The translations under genes were made by a program, and so were the position numbers. This document shows positions 1 through 10,583 of a stretch of DNA of 64,000 nt, piece after piece. Under the pieces are notes generated by a model. It was not told the origin of the DNA, did no database searches, and was given only the letters and a program-made list of their open reading frames with translations. The stretch covers positions 106,626 through 170,625 of the forward strand of contig CAYPSS010000003.1 of assembly GCA_964413735.1 (NCBI GenBank), written 5' to 3'. This stretch comes from an uncultured Gammaproteobacteria bacterium (lineage in GTDB: Bacteria; Patescibacteriota; Patescibacteriia; UBA11705). Each line of letters starts with the position of its first letter. Positions within the stretch are counted from its first letter, which is position 1.

Positions 1-2
1 TA

Positions 3-1823
3 TTATGGTCTGGGAGTTTCATTTTTTAGGCCAAAACATGGTCCATAATATTCAAAGTGCATTCCATCAGCTCTAAATGGGTCTGCCCAAGCCCAGCCAG
101 CCCAATAAAATTTGTGTTTTACCGCTAAATCAATCATTCCATCAGGGATTGACCAGGCAGCATTTTTTCCGGCTAAACACCCGGTAATTATTTGATCCAT
201 ACGTTCATATAAAACATAAGGATCTGATTTGAAATAATCTCCATAGGTACCATTTTTCATTTTTTCTAAAGTATCTTTGTATCTATTACAAACACTGGTG
301 GCATCACCGCCTTTGGATGATGGTGATTGAGAAGTTTTGTTATCATTATTGCTCAAAGTCATAATATCAATTGCTTGACCGGTTAAATGTGGGTCAGCAT
401 ACACTGTTTTTAAGGGTGCCTTGGTGCCAGAACAGGTTTTTCTTTGAACCCCAATCCCACATCCTAAATTTGATTGAGCAATATCGTTTGGTTTCCATGT
501 TCCGCTAAGTGATGGAGCTTTTCCGGCGGCTCGATCCCAAATGTATTGCATATATCCTTTTACTTCTGGATCGGTACTATTGATTAAATCATTAGTAAAA
601 GCTTGCCAAGCAGATACTGCTTGTTTATGAACTGTGACAACATAGCCTTTGCCACTGGCTTTTGCTTTGTTTACACGGTCAATGGTTTCTTGGTCATCAT
701 GTACTTGTAATTGAGGGGTAGATCTGTCCCAAAATTTATCTAATCCTAAAATACTGATTCTGGTAGTTGAAGAGCTGATTTTATCTCCCATTTTTATTCC
801 ACTTGGGAAAAAATAACCATTTAAGCAGGTTTCGTCTTTTACAATACCATAAACATAATTATTGTTTTTATAAGTTGCCGGACCAACGACTGGTTTTACT
901 GTCGAAGGTAAATCTGATGAATCAGGTAGTTCTTTCCCCGAGGGGAAATCCGGACCTTCTTCATATTCAGGGATATCTTTTAATTCAATCCCTTGAATTA
1001 TTTCAATCTGCGCTGATTTTAAACTGGTGATTTCCGGATTTACCGTATATAAGATAATATAAGAACAAATTAATAATAAAAGTCCTAAAACTGATTTGGT
1101 CATGGTCTCTTTTGCTTTATTAATATTTCCGGGATTACCGGCGGAAATAATAAATTGCACACCACCGATCACAATAAATAATATGGCGAAAATTACACCC
1201 AAGATTAACATTTTTTTGTAAATTCCGGCAATGCATTCACTAATCCAGGGAATGTTGCTTTCTTGTCCGGGGACAAAATCAACATCAGATAAATTACAGA
1301 CTGCTCCCAAGACATAAAGAGTTGGTTTGGTGAATTTAGGGGTGGTGGTTCCGCCGAGTATGGATGAACTTTCTTGTTTTTCCGTAACTGACTCCACGAT
1401 TTGTTTAACATCAAGTGGTGGAACCATGGCAAATGCAGGATTAGACACCGGGCCGGTATAATAACAATAATGTAAATCTCTTGTTGCAACTACGCCATCT
1501 TTGCATTCCCAAAGAGAGGCATATGAACCATAAGTTATTGCACATTGATTTGCATCATCACAAACACAGAAATTATCATCCTCAATATCATCCGAGCTGT
1601 CTTCACAATCAAATTCCAATACGCCGGTAGCTTGACCATTAATCACGCTTTGCCAACGACAATCATTGTTAGTCATAGTTGAACTGCATTTTTTCCCAAT
1701 CGGGGTATCGTTTATTTTGGTAAATGGAGTAGTTCGTTCGCCGGGCGTTTGGGCGTTGACAACGTCAGTAGTTATTAATAGGGCAAAAATAAATAACAAG
1801 ATTAATAAAAACCATTTTTTCAT
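3..1823 (-). CDS. Secreted/membrane protein: Cys-rich N-terminus, CPR-type (TrbC/VirB2-like) pilin domain, C-terminal M15-family metallopeptidase-like domain
   Basis: Signal peptide; two-TM pilin motif IVIGGVQFIISAGNPGNINKAKETMTKSVLGLLL; M15-like motifs DPHLTGQAIDI and WAGWAW..DGMHFEY. Confidence 0.7.
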   Translation of the reverse strand: MKKWFLLILLFIFALLITTDVVNAQTPGERTTPFTKINDTPIGKKCSSTMTNNDCRWQSVINGQATGVLEFDCEDSSDDIEDDNFCVCDDANQCAITYGSYASLWECKDGVVATRDLHYCYYTGPVSNPAFAMVPPLDVKQIVESVTEKQESSSILGGTTTPKFTKPTLYVLGAVCNLSDVDFVPGQESNIPWISECIAGIYKKMLILGVIFAILFIVIGGVQFIISAGNPGNINKAKETMTKSVLGLLLLICSYIILYTVNPEITSLKSAQIEIIQGIELKDIPEYEEGPDFPSGKELPDSSDLPSTVKPVVGPATYKNNNYVYGIVKDETCLNGYFFPSGIKMGDKISSSTTRISILGLDKFWDRSTPQLQVHDDQETIDRVNKAKASGKGYVVTVHKQAVSAWQAFTNDLINSTDPEVKGYMQYIWDRAAGKAPSLSGTWKPNDIAQSNLGCGIGVQRKTCSGTKAPLKTVYADPHLTGQAIDIMTLSNNDNKTSQSPSSKGGDATSVCNRYKDTLEKMKNGTYGDYFKSDPYVLYERMDQIITGCLAGKNAAWSIPDGMIDLAVKHKFYWAGWAWADPFRADGMHFEYYGPCFGLKNETPRP

Positions 1824-1833
1824 AATATATTTT

Positions 1834-3099
1834 TTATTTTAATTTTATACTATGGAGGAATTGGCTGTATTTATCGGTAAAATATAGAGTTGATCCGTCG
1901 GCACTAACTTGAATTTGTTCAATATTATATTCATATTGCGGTTCAGCTACAAAACTGACTGAACCACTGGCCAAATCTACTCGATAAATATAATCTCCTA
2001 CATTATCGGCCAATTCTCTGACCCAGCCGGATCCGGTTGGTAATTCTTTGGGCACCGCGCAATACATGGTTGTGTTATTTTGGAAGGTGCACTTATCCGC
2101 CCAAGTATTTAAATTCAAACTAATATTGTTGTAACCGATTCGATCACCCGAGGCCTCAACAATGTGAAGTAATGGTTTATGTTCACTTTGACGATTTTGG
2201 GCACTATAAACAATGTGTGAACCACTGGGGTTATATTGATAATCAACATTGTAGCCATTAATATCAATGGCTCGAAAATTTTCTTGATTGGTACCGATTA
2301 AATAAATTTTACTGAAATCATAAGTGGAAGAATCATTAAAAGTGCCAACAATATTATTGGTGGGTGACCATTGGACCGTCACTTTGTTGGCTTGGGTTCC
2401 CAAGTGTTCCAGATATTTTTGAGCCGAACCATCGGGATTGGAAATCGCTAAAAATCTTTTTTGGGTATTGGCGTTCATGTCTTTGAAAGCAATTTGTGAT
2501 TCGGTGGAATTAAAATTAAATTCTGTCCAATCTTTGGGCAGGGTAACTTGACGATCGGTTTTAAAGTCATAAAAAATATTTGATCCATCAGGGAATTCCA
2601 AAATCGCTTTTTCTGATTTTGGCGCCCAAGCAATATCTTGCACCCCATAAAATTTGTCTGGGGTTAGGGATATTTTTTCACCATCGGATGTTAAACGATA
2701 AAACTCGCCGGTGTCAGAATTATATGACAGTAAATTATTTCCGGTTGAATCAATTGATAGGTGATTGTTTTTTTCTTGAATCAAGGTATTAACTCTGGTA
2801 ATTCCGCCATTGGCGATTTCTGATACGGTGGCGGATGGTTCAAACGGTTCCACTTGAGTGATGGGTGGGGTGATGGTGGGAATTTCCACATTGGTGGGTA
2901 GTTGTTCTTCTCCGGGTGGTCGTTCGCCCGATACCGGTAATTCGCCCGGCTTAATGCCCGTTGTTGGTTCAATCGGAGTCGGTGGCGTAGGGAGGAAGAA
3001 TAGCCAGTATATTGCCAATCCAATGGCCATACAAATCAAGAAAAACCCTACAATTAAAAGAATTTTTTTGGTGTTACTTAATTCCTGAAAATTAAACAT
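1834..3099 (-). CDS. Membrane-anchored beta-propeller (TolB/WD40-like) hypothetical protein
   Basis: N-terminal TM, Pro/Thr linker, repeated WAP/WSP/YNPSG/VSADG blade-like motifs. Confidence 0.6.
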   Translation of the reverse strand: MFNFQELSNTKKILLIVGFFLICMAIGLAIYWLFFLPTPPTPIEPTTGIKPGELPVSGERPPGEEQLPTNVEIPTITPPITQVEPFEPSATVSEIANGGITRVNTLIQEKNNHLSIDSTGNNLLSYNSDTGEFYRLTSDGEKISLTPDKFYGVQDIAWAPKSEKAILEFPDGSNIFYDFKTDRQVTLPKDWTEFNFNSTESQIAFKDMNANTQKRFLAISNPDGSAQKYLEHLGTQANKVTVQWSPTNNIVGTFNDSSTYDFSKIYLIGTNQENFRAIDINGYNVDYQYNPSGSHIVYSAQNRQSEHKPLLHIVEASGDRIGYNNISLNLNTWADKCTFQNNTTMYCAVPKELPTGSGWVRELADNVGDYIYRVDLASGSVSFVAEPQYEYNIEQIQVSADGSTLYFTDKYSQFLHSIKLK

Positions 3100-3112
3100 A
3101 TTTTTATTTTAT

Positions 3113-3721
3113 TTAAACAATATTAAACCAACTTAAAATTTCTAATATTGGTAACAAAACAATGATAATAATAATCACAATCAATATGCCCCAGCCCAAA
3201 ATGGTTAAACAAGTGGGGGCAACGACCATAATGATGCGTTTCATGATCATTTTTTTCACTGCTTTTTTGGCTTGTTCTTTGGCCATTTGAACGGCCATTT
3301 GCTTGGCATTTTCCATAGCATCTTCTTCATCTTCCGTTTCATCTATGACCGGCATTTCGTCTTCTTCATCATCTTCATCATCAGTATAACTTTCTTCGTC
3401 TTCAAAAGTTGGTTCACTGTCTGTTGTTTCCAATTGTTCGGCCATCATTTCGTTAAAAGTCGGAGGGGTCCCAATATTAGGTTGAGAAAATGGGGTTGGC
3501 GGTGAGCCATAGTTTGCTCCATAGGGAGTTTCCGGTTCCGGATTTGTTTGAGGGTAGTCGGCTGTTTCCGGTTCAGCAGGTTGTGGTGTTGATTGCGGTT
3601 TTTCTTGTGATTCCAAAAAATCTTCATAGTCTTGACCGTATGGAGTTTGATTGCTTTGAGGTGATACTGGTGGTGGTTGAGGATTTTGTCCGGTAGTATT
3701 GGAATTGTTATTATCCGGCAT
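3113..3721 (-). CDS. Hypothetical protein with Pro/Gln- and Asp/Glu-rich disordered region and C-terminal TM
   Basis: 202 aa ORF packed in operon; low-complexity acidic tract; hydrophobic C-terminus. Confidence 0.65.
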   Translation of the reverse strand: MPDNNNSNTTGQNPQPPPVSPQSNQTPYGQDYEDFLESQEKPQSTPQPAEPETADYPQTNPEPETPYGANYGSPPTPFSQPNIGTPPTFNEMMAEQLETTDSEPTFEDEESYTDDEDDEEDEMPVIDETEDEEDAMENAKQMAVQMAKEQAKKAVKKMIMKRIIMVVAPTCLTILGWGILIVIIIIIVLLPILEILSWFNIV

Positions 3722-3724
3722 AGA

Positions 3725-6115
3725 TCAAGATTTAATTTTGTTTTTTGATCTTTTATTAAGTTCAATGATTAAATTTTCCACTTCTCGATCGATTATTTGC
3801 CGAACTGTTCGGGCGCCTTGGCCAATTTTTTGCGATTCTTGTGCCAAGCGGGATAAGTTTTTACTGAGTTTGGTTATGTTTATCAAAGATTTTTTTTCTT
3901 CCAGTTGTTTTAAGTGTTTTTTGAATATTTTTTGTAGTGTAATTGCCTCTAAGTTTTCAAATACAATAATTTTATCAAGGCGATTGATAAATTCGGGGCG
4001 AAAATGTTTTTTTGCTTCCTCAACAATTTTTTCGATTAAGGCTGAATTTGTTTGTTGGTTACCAAAGCCCCAAGAAATATTTTTGTTGAATAAATCGGCG
4101 CCTAAATTGGCGGTCATAATAATAATCGTGTTTCTGAAATTAATTTTTTTGCCGGTGGCATCGGTTAAATAGCCGTCTTCTAAAATTTGCAATAATAAGT
4201 TTAAAACTTCCGGATGTGCTTTGTCGATTTCATCAAATAAAATTAAACTGTAAGGACGTTTTTTAATGGCGTCGGTCAGTTTGTTTTCTTCGCGATATCC
4301 CACATAACCGGCCGGTGCCCCAATCAGCTTTGAAGCGTTGAATTTTTCACTGAATTCCGCCATGTCAATTCGGATGAATGATTCTTGATCGCGAAATAAT
4401 TTTTCCGCTAAAATTTTTGCGGTATAAGTTTTGCCCACTCCGCTTGGTCCTAAAAATAGAAACGAGGCTTGCGGTCGATTTTCATCTTGCAGTCCGAGTT
4501 TTGATTTTTTTAATGAATTGATAATTGTGGTTAGGGCTTTATCTTGACCGAAAATTTCATTTTGTAATTTAATTTTAATTTTATCCAAGGTTTGCCAATC
4601 GTTTCCCAGTAATTCACTGATCGGAATTTGGGTTTTGGCTGAAATGATTTCCTGTATGGTTTGGGCGTCGACGATTGGTGGATTTTTTGTTAATTGAAGA
4701 TCGCGAGTTTTTTGTAATTTTGTTAACCGTTTTTTAAGAATGATTTGCTCGGCTTTTATTTTAATGGCTAGGTTGAAGTTTTCATTTAGAACAGCTTTTT
4801 CTTTCTCTGTATTCAGCTTGTTGATTTCCAATTCCAAATTATTGATATTAGTAAATAACTTATTATTATTCATCTGTATTTTTTGTTTGGCGGCGGCTTC
4901 GTCAAGCAGGTCGATGGCCTTGTCCGGAAACAATTTATCTTGTATATAGCGTTTACTTAAATTTAAGGCCGTAATAATGGCCGCGTCGTCAAATTTTACC
5001 TGGTGGTAATTTTCATAATTGCTCTTTACCCCAAATAAAATTTCTTTTGTTTCGGTGATTGTTGGTTCGGTTAAAATTATGGGTTGGAACCGTCGTTCCA
5101 GCGCCGCATCTTTTTCAATGAATTTTTTATATTCTTCCATGGTGGTGGCGCCAATACAACGCAGTTGACCACGCGCTAAGAGTGGTTTGAGCAAATTTGC
5201 CGCGTCCAAACTGCCATTACTGGAACCGGCACCGACAATATTATGTAATTCATCAATGAATAAAATTGTCTGCGGGTCATTTTTGATTTCATCAATAATT
5301 TCTTTGAGACGATTTTCAAAATCACCGCGATACATGGTTCCAGCTACCAAAGAGCCGAGGTCCAGAGAAATGATTTTTTTATTTTTCAAAATATTCGGGA
5401 CTTCGCCGTTTACGATTTTCTTGGCTAATCCTTCCACTAATGCGGTTTTCCCTACTCCCGGATCACCTAAAATCAAGGGATTATTTTTGTCTTTACGACA
5501 TAAAATTTGAATTAAACGATCAAGCTCCTGGTCGCGTTTAATAATCGGGTTGATTGATTTTTGATATTCAATATCCGTTAAATCAACGGAAAAATATTTT
5601 AATGTCCCTGAACCGGGTTTGTTCGTAAAAGGGTCTTGACCCTGTAAAATTAAATTTTCCGGGTTATTGATTTGGGTTAAATGCGTATCGCCTTTTAATA
5701 AATTATCTAAGTCATTTTTTAATTTTTCAAGATTGATTTTATAATTTTGTAAAATATATTTTATCAAATATGGCGGGTCGTCGAGTAATACGGCCAAACA
5801 ATGTTCCGTACCGACAAAAGTGTGTTTTTGACTAAACGCCAAATTAAAAGCACTGATCAGCAAGTCTTCGATGGTTTTGATTCGTGATTTCGATTCTATT
5901 GATGGTAGATTAAGAGAAAGCAAATCAGCTAATTTTTTTTCATCATTATTTTTGTCTTGAAGAAAAAATTTATTGGCCAAAGTGTTCGGTTCATGAAATA
6001 AGGCAATAATAAAATCATTCAATTCGATGACGGAACGATTTTTTTTAAGGGCGAACTTTTTCGCTTGTTCCAAACAGTGGCGCAAATTGTCGGATAGTTT
6101 TTCTAAAAAATCCAT
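3725..6115 (-). CDS. clpC: ATP-dependent Clp protease ATP-binding subunit (ClpC-like)
   Basis: Clp-N repeats; two AAA+ modules (GDPGVGKT/FIDELH and GPSGVGKT/FDEIDKAH); UVR-like middle domain. Confidence 0.9.
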   Translation of the reverse strand: MDFLEKLSDNLRHCLEQAKKFALKKNRSVIELNDFIIALFHEPNTLANKFFLQDKNNDEKKLADLLSLNLPSIESKSRIKTIEDLLISAFNLAFSQKHTFVGTEHCLAVLLDDPPYLIKYILQNYKINLEKLKNDLDNLLKGDTHLTQINNPENLILQGQDPFTNKPGSGTLKYFSVDLTDIEYQKSINPIIKRDQELDRLIQILCRKDKNNPLILGDPGVGKTALVEGLAKKIVNGEVPNILKNKKIISLDLGSLVAGTMYRGDFENRLKEIIDEIKNDPQTILFIDELHNIVGAGSSNGSLDAANLLKPLLARGQLRCIGATTMEEYKKFIEKDAALERRFQPIILTEPTITETKEILFGVKSNYENYHQVKFDDAAIITALNLSKRYIQDKLFPDKAIDLLDEAAAKQKIQMNNNKLFTNINNLELEINKLNTEKEKAVLNENFNLAIKIKAEQIILKKRLTKLQKTRDLQLTKNPPIVDAQTIQEIISAKTQIPISELLGNDWQTLDKIKIKLQNEIFGQDKALTTIINSLKKSKLGLQDENRPQASFLFLGPSGVGKTYTAKILAEKLFRDQESFIRIDMAEFSEKFNASKLIGAPAGYVGYREENKLTDAIKKRPYSLILFDEIDKAHPEVLNLLLQILEDGYLTDATGKKINFRNTIIIMTANLGADLFNKNISWGFGNQQTNSALIEKIVEEAKKHFRPEFINRLDKIIVFENLEAITLQKIFKKHLKQLEEKKSLINITKLSKNLSRLAQESQKIGQGARTVRQIIDREVENLIIELNKRSKNKIKS

Positions 6116-6120
6116 AAATA

Positions 6121-6999
6121 TTAGGCGGTCATTTGGCGTAATTTGTTAATTCGTTCATTAAGCGGAGGATGAGTGTCAAATAAGTTGGTTAAAGACTTTT
6201 TCCCGGCAAACGGACTGGCGATAAATAAATGTGCGGTAGCGGTATTGGCTCTTTGCATGGGGGCATGATACTGGGAAATTTTTTCCAGTGCATCGGCCAA
6301 AGCTTGCGGATAACGCGTGAGAAGTGCGCCATCAGCATCAGCCAAGTATTCGCGTTTACGAGAAATAGCCAGTTGGATGATTTTGGCGATAAGCGGTGAT
6401 AAAATCATGAGTACCAAACCAACAATCAAAATAATTCCATTGCCATTTTTGTTGTCGCTTTTTCGTCCAAAAAAAGTACTTCGAACAAAAATGTCACTTA
6501 ATAACGCCACAATTCCCACCAACACAATCACCACCATCATTAATCTGATATCATAGTTTTTAATGTGTGATAATTCATGAGCAATGACTCCTTCCAGTTC
6601 GGTGCGATTAAGCTTTTCCAATAAACCGGTAGTTAGCGCAATGGAAGCATGTTGTGGATCACGACCGGTGGCAAAAGCATTGGGAGCCGAGTCATTGATC
6701 AAATATATTTTTGGCATGGGTAATCCGGCGGTAATACAAAGATTTTCCACTAAGCGATAAATTTCCACATTTTCATCTCTTTTAATTTCCTTTGCTCCGG
6801 TGGTGGAAAGTGCCACTTTGTCACCTTGATAATAACTTACTAAGGCCATAATCAATGAGATAATGGTGGCAATGATTAGCGCCGAATATCCAAGTTCACT
6901 GTAAAGACTGAAAAAATATCCCAGCAATATGATAAAAGCACAAAATATAGTGATGAGGATAACGGTTCTTTTTTTGTTGGAATCAATTTGATTGTACAT
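6121..6999 (-). CDS. htpX: Zinc metalloprotease HtpX (M48)
   Basis: PNAFATG, HELSH zinc motif, SRKREYLAD, THPPLNERI. Confidence 0.95.
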   Translation of the reverse strand: MYNQIDSNKKRTVILITIFCAFIILLGYFFSLYSELGYSALIIATIISLIMALVSYYQGDKVALSTTGAKEIKRDENVEIYRLVENLCITAGLPMPKIYLINDSAPNAFATGRDPQHASIALTTGLLEKLNRTELEGVIAHELSHIKNYDIRLMMVVIVLVGIVALLSDIFVRSTFFGRKSDNKNGNGIILIVGLVLMILSPLIAKIIQLAISRKREYLADADGALLTRYPQALADALEKISQYHAPMQRANTATAHLFIASPFAGKKSLTNLFDTHPPLNERINKLRQMTA

Positions 7000-7015
7000 A
7001 ATAATATTTTTAGGA

Positions 7016-7040
7016 CTGCAAATCCGGAAAGGATTTGCAG
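7016..7040. other. Intergenic hairpin between lemA and htpX
   Basis: ctgcaaatcc-ggaaa-ggatttgcag, perfect 10-bp stem. Confidence 0.6.
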
Positions 7041-7053
7041 AGAAAAAATACTA

Positions 7054-7611
7054 TTAGAATTGAACATTAATATTTTGTTTTTCGTCTTGAGAAGCTTCGA
7101 AAAATTCATATTTCTTAAAGCCCAAGAAATTGGCGACCAAGTTGTTGGGGAAAATTTGAATTTTGGTATTAAAGTCACGAACATTGCCATTATAAAAACG
7201 ACGAGAAGCTTGGATTTTATTTTCCGTATCGGAAAGTTCGCCTTGTAATTGCAAGAAGTTTTGGTTAGCTTTGAGTTCCGGATAATTTTCCGCCAAAGCG
7301 AAAATTGATTTCAAGGTATTGCTCAAAGCGTTTTCCGCTTCGCCTTTGGCTTCAACTCCTTGAGTTTGCATGGCTTTGGTGCGTGCCTCGGTCACTTTTT
7401 CAAATGTTTCTTTTTCGTGTGAAGCATATCCTTTGACCGTGTTGACTAAATTGGGGATCAAGTCATAGCGTCGTTTGAGCTGAACATCAATATCGCTCCA
7501 TGCTTCATCGGTTCGATTTTTGAATTTGATCAAGCCGTTGTAAACGCCGATTAACCACAAAACGACGATTACCAATACGGCTAGAACAATGTAAAAAACA
7601 GTTGTTCCCAT
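7054..7611 (-). CDS. lemA: LemA family protein
   Basis: WSDIDVQLKRRYDLIPNLV, ENYPELKANQNFLQLQ; typical lemA-htpX pair. Confidence 0.95.
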   Translation of the reverse strand: MGTTVFYIVLAVLVIVVLWLIGVYNGLIKFKNRTDEAWSDIDVQLKRRYDLIPNLVNTVKGYASHEKETFEKVTEARTKAMQTQGVEAKGEAENALSNTLKSIFALAENYPELKANQNFLQLQGELSDTENKIQASRRFYNGNVRDFNTKIQIFPNNLVANFLGFKKYEFFEASQDEKQNINVQF

Positions 7612-7766
7612 AAATTAAACTTATCTGCCCGCTTCAATCACTTTGAGGAGTGATTTTTTTGGTCAGATTATTATTTTTTATTTGAAACTCTTACTCATTT
7701 ATTGTATAGTATTGTAGTGATTTAGTAAAGTGAATAAATGGGTATTTTTATAAATAAATTAGCTTT

Positions 7767-8894
7767 ATGAAAACAAAAATTTTGCTTTTTTTCTTGTTTT
7801 TATGTGGTGGTATTTTCTGGGGGGCGGTGGTTGATGCCAAGTCCTCGATGGAAGATAATTACTTTGTGGCCAGTGAAAGAGTCATTGAAGAAAATTTTTT
7901 TAAAGCCGGTAATGCGATTGATATTGCCGGAACATTAAAAAAAGATGCTTATGTGATTGGTAATATTGTGACGGTTGATGGCGTTATTGAGGGTGATTTG
8001 ATTGGTGCGGGAAGTACTTTGAAAATCAATGGTGAGGTAAAGGGTAGTGTGCGTTTTATTGCGGAAAATATAATTATCAATGGTCAAGTGGGAAAAAATT
8101 TATTAGCGGCCGGGAATTTAATTAATTTGGAAAATAATGGTTCGGTTGGTTGGGAAGTTTTAAGCGCTGGTAATTTAATTGATATGAAAGGTAAGGTAGG
8201 GTCTGACTTAAAAGCAATTGGTACTATTTTAAATATTAATAATGAAATCAATGGCCGAGTTCACGCCCAAATGACGGAAATAAATTTGGGTGATCAAGCG
8301 CTGATTACAGGTGATTTTAATTATTATTCGGAAAAAGATTTAGTAAAAAAAGAACAAGCCCAAATTTTGGGTCAAATTAACAAGATTGAAAATTTTGGGT
8401 TTACCAAGTCTCAACCCGCCAAGGATTTCTCTTATTATTTGGGGAAGTTTATTTTTAGCTATTTGAGCTTTTTGCTTTTAGCGATTGTTTTGATCGTTTT
8501 GATGCGCAAAAAAATTGATTTGGTGACCATGGAAATCAAAAGTAATTTGGCAAAAAATTTAGGTTGGGGAATTTTGCTCTTGTTTGGCGTACCTTTATTG
8601 GCGGTGCTTATTTTATTAACAATTGTGGGATTGCCGATATCTTTGGTGGTGATGATGATTTATTTTGCAGTGGTTTTGGTTTCACGAATTTTTGTGTCAA
8701 TTGTGATATGGCGTTTTATTGCTCAATTGGTGAGAATCAAACAACCGCTTGATTTAATGCTTCAAGCCTTGATTGGTTTGTTTGTTTATTCTCTGTTGTG
8801 TGTAATACCGATTGTGGGGGCTTTGTTGAATTTGTTGGCAATTGCGGTTAGTTTAAGTGCGGTTTTCCTAGTTTTTCGTCAAAGTGAAAAGTAA
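7767..8894 (+). CDS. Bactofilin-like (polymer-forming) beta-helix protein with C-terminal multi-TM domain
   Basis: Repeated xxxxGxVxGxL beta-helix motifs followed by about 5 TM segments. Confidence 0.7.
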   Translation: MKTKILLFFLFLCGGIFWGAVVDAKSSMEDNYFVASERVIEENFFKAGNAIDIAGTLKKDAYVIGNIVTVDGVIEGDLIGAGSTLKINGEVKGSVRFIAENIIINGQVGKNLLAAGNLINLENNGSVGWEVLSAGNLIDMKGKVGSDLKAIGTILNINNEINGRVHAQMTEINLGDQALITGDFNYYSEKDLVKKEQAQILGQINKIENFGFTKSQPAKDFSYYLGKFIFSYLSFLLLAIVLIVLMRKKIDLVTMEIKSNLAKNLGWGILLLFGVPLLAVLILLTIVGLPISLVVMMIYFAVVLVSRIFVSIVIWRFIAQLVRIKQPLDLMLQALIGLFVYSLLCVIPIVGALLNLLAIAVSLSAVFLVFRQSEK

Positions 8895-8905
8895 AATTTT
8901 TTAAT

Positions 8906-8933
8906 AAAAGTTCACACCTTGAGGTGAGCTTTT
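8906..8933 (+). terminator. Intrinsic terminator
   Basis: aaaagttcac-accttgag-gtgagctttt followed by T-rich tract. Confidence 0.6.
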
Positions 8934-9031
8934 ATTTTTAAATCAATTTATATAATTTTCATTCACAATTGTAATTTTGCCTAACCGTTAAATTAACGAT
9001 ATACTTAAAATTAATAATAACAATAATATTT

Positions 9032-10408
9032 ATGATAGAAATTAATGATAATATTTTCAAAGCTTATGATATTCGCGGGGTGTATGGTCGTGATTTTGAT
9101 GAACAATTAGCTTACCGATTGGGCCGGGCGTTTGCTGAACTGCTTAAAAGCGAAACCGGTCGAGAAACCGTTAATTTGGGTGTGTCGCAGGATATGCGCT
9201 TATCTTCCCCGATACTTTATGAAAATTTAATCAAGGGAATTTTAGAGCAAGGGGTTAATGTTATGGAGTTTGGTTTGGTTGCTACGCCGACCTTTTATTT
9301 CGGAGTGGCCAAAAATCGTTTGGATGGTGGTATTCAGGTTTCCGCTTCTCATAATCCGCCGGAATATAATGGTTTTAAATTAGTCAGAGATAGTGCCATG
9401 GCGGTAAGCAGTGAGACGGGTATTATGACTTTGAAACAAGCGGTAAAACAAAATGAATTTCCCTCTGTTTCAGTTAAGGGTCACCTGATAGGTAAAGTGG
9501 AAAATTTATTGGATGAACAAGTGGTGTTTGCCATAAGACAAGGTGATGTTACCAAGATAAAGCCTTTTAAAATTGTTGTTGATAGCGCCAATGCGGTTGG
9601 TGGTCCGATGATTAAGGCTTTATTTGATCGTTTGCCGGTAAAAGTGGAATATTTGAATTTTGAACTTGATGGTTCTTTCCCGGCGCATGAGGCTGATCCT
9701 TTGAAAGACAAAAACAACCAACAATTACAAAATAAAGTATTGGAAAGTGGCGCGGATTTGGGAGTGGCGCTTGACGGAGATGGCGATCGAATATTTTTTA
9801 TTGATAACCAAGGAAAAACAGTTGAACCGGCGATTGTGCGAGGAATTCTGGCAAAAATATTTTTACAGGAAAATCCGGGGGCCACAATTTGTTATGATAT
9901 TCGTCCGGGAAAAATTACCGAGGATATGATTGTGGAAAATGGTGGTAAGCCGGTAGTCACGCGAGTGGGACATTCGTTAATCAAAGAAAAGGCGCGTAAA
10001 GTGAATGCGATTTTTGCCGGTGAAAGTAGTGGTCATTATTTTGTTAAATTACCATTTGGTTTTTTCGAAGAACCATTGATCGTGGTATCGAAATTTTTGA
10101 TTGAATTAAGTATTGCCGAATTATCTTTGTCAGAGTATATTAAACCATTGCAACGTTATTTTCATTCCGGTGAAATTAATTTTGGGGTTAATGATAAACA
10201 AGCGGTGTTCAATGCTATAAAAGAAAAATACGGTGACCATTTGCAATATGATTTTGATGGTTTGAGTTTTGTTTGGGAGGATTGGTGGTTTAATGTTCGT
10301 GCTTCCAACACGGAAAATGTGGTACGATTAAATTTGGAAAGTGTGGCACAGTCTTTAACTCAAGAAAAGGTGGCTGAAATTACGGAATTGATCAAACAAT
10401 TTGATTAG
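9032..10408 (+). CDS. Phosphomannomutase/phosphoglucomutase
   Basis: IFKAYDIRG, SASHNP phosphoserine loop, DGDGDR, GESSGH, RASNTE. Confidence 0.95.
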   Translation: MIEINDNIFKAYDIRGVYGRDFDEQLAYRLGRAFAELLKSETGRETVNLGVSQDMRLSSPILYENLIKGILEQGVNVMEFGLVATPTFYFGVAKNRLDGGIQVSASHNPPEYNGFKLVRDSAMAVSSETGIMTLKQAVKQNEFPSVSVKGHLIGKVENLLDEQVVFAIRQGDVTKIKPFKIVVDSANAVGGPMIKALFDRLPVKVEYLNFELDGSFPAHEADPLKDKNNQQLQNKVLESGADLGVALDGDGDRIFFIDNQGKTVEPAIVRGILAKIFLQENPGATICYDIRPGKITEDMIVENGGKPVVTRVGHSLIKEKARKVNAIFAGESSGHYFVKLPFGFFEEPLIVVSKFLIELSIAELSLSEYIKPLQRYFHSGEINFGVNDKQAVFNAIKEKYGDHLQYDFDGLSFVWEDWWFNVRASNTENVVRLNLESVAQSLTQEKVAEITELIKQFD

Positions 10409-10418
10409 CAATTTTGGC

Positions 10419-10466
10419 TTGACTTTTTTTGGTTTTAGTGGTACAATGTTGATGCACTTTGGAGGT
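10419..10466 (+). promoter_or_regulatory. Sigma70-type promoter and SD of orphan cassette 1
   Basis: TTGACT(10419)-17 bp-TACAAT(10442) with TG extension; GGAGGT at 10461-10466. Confidence 0.8.
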
Positions 10467-10474
10467 GTTTTCCC

Positions 10475-10573
10475 ATGGATTGGCTCTTGCGACGCGAAAA
10501 TTGGAAATGGGGTGCTTTGATTCTGGTGGTCATTCATTTGCTGGTGTTTCTGGGAGTCGGTTTCTCGGTTTAA
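10475..10573 (+). CDS. 32-aa hydrophobic peptide MDWLLRRENWKWGALILVVIHLLVFLGVGFSV (not in ORF track)
   Basis: Hand translation; own promoter, SD 8 nt upstream of ATG, terminator directly downstream. Confidence 0.7.
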   Translation: MDWLLRRENWKWGALILVVIHLLVFLGVGFSV

Positions 10574-10583
10574 TTGTTTTGAT

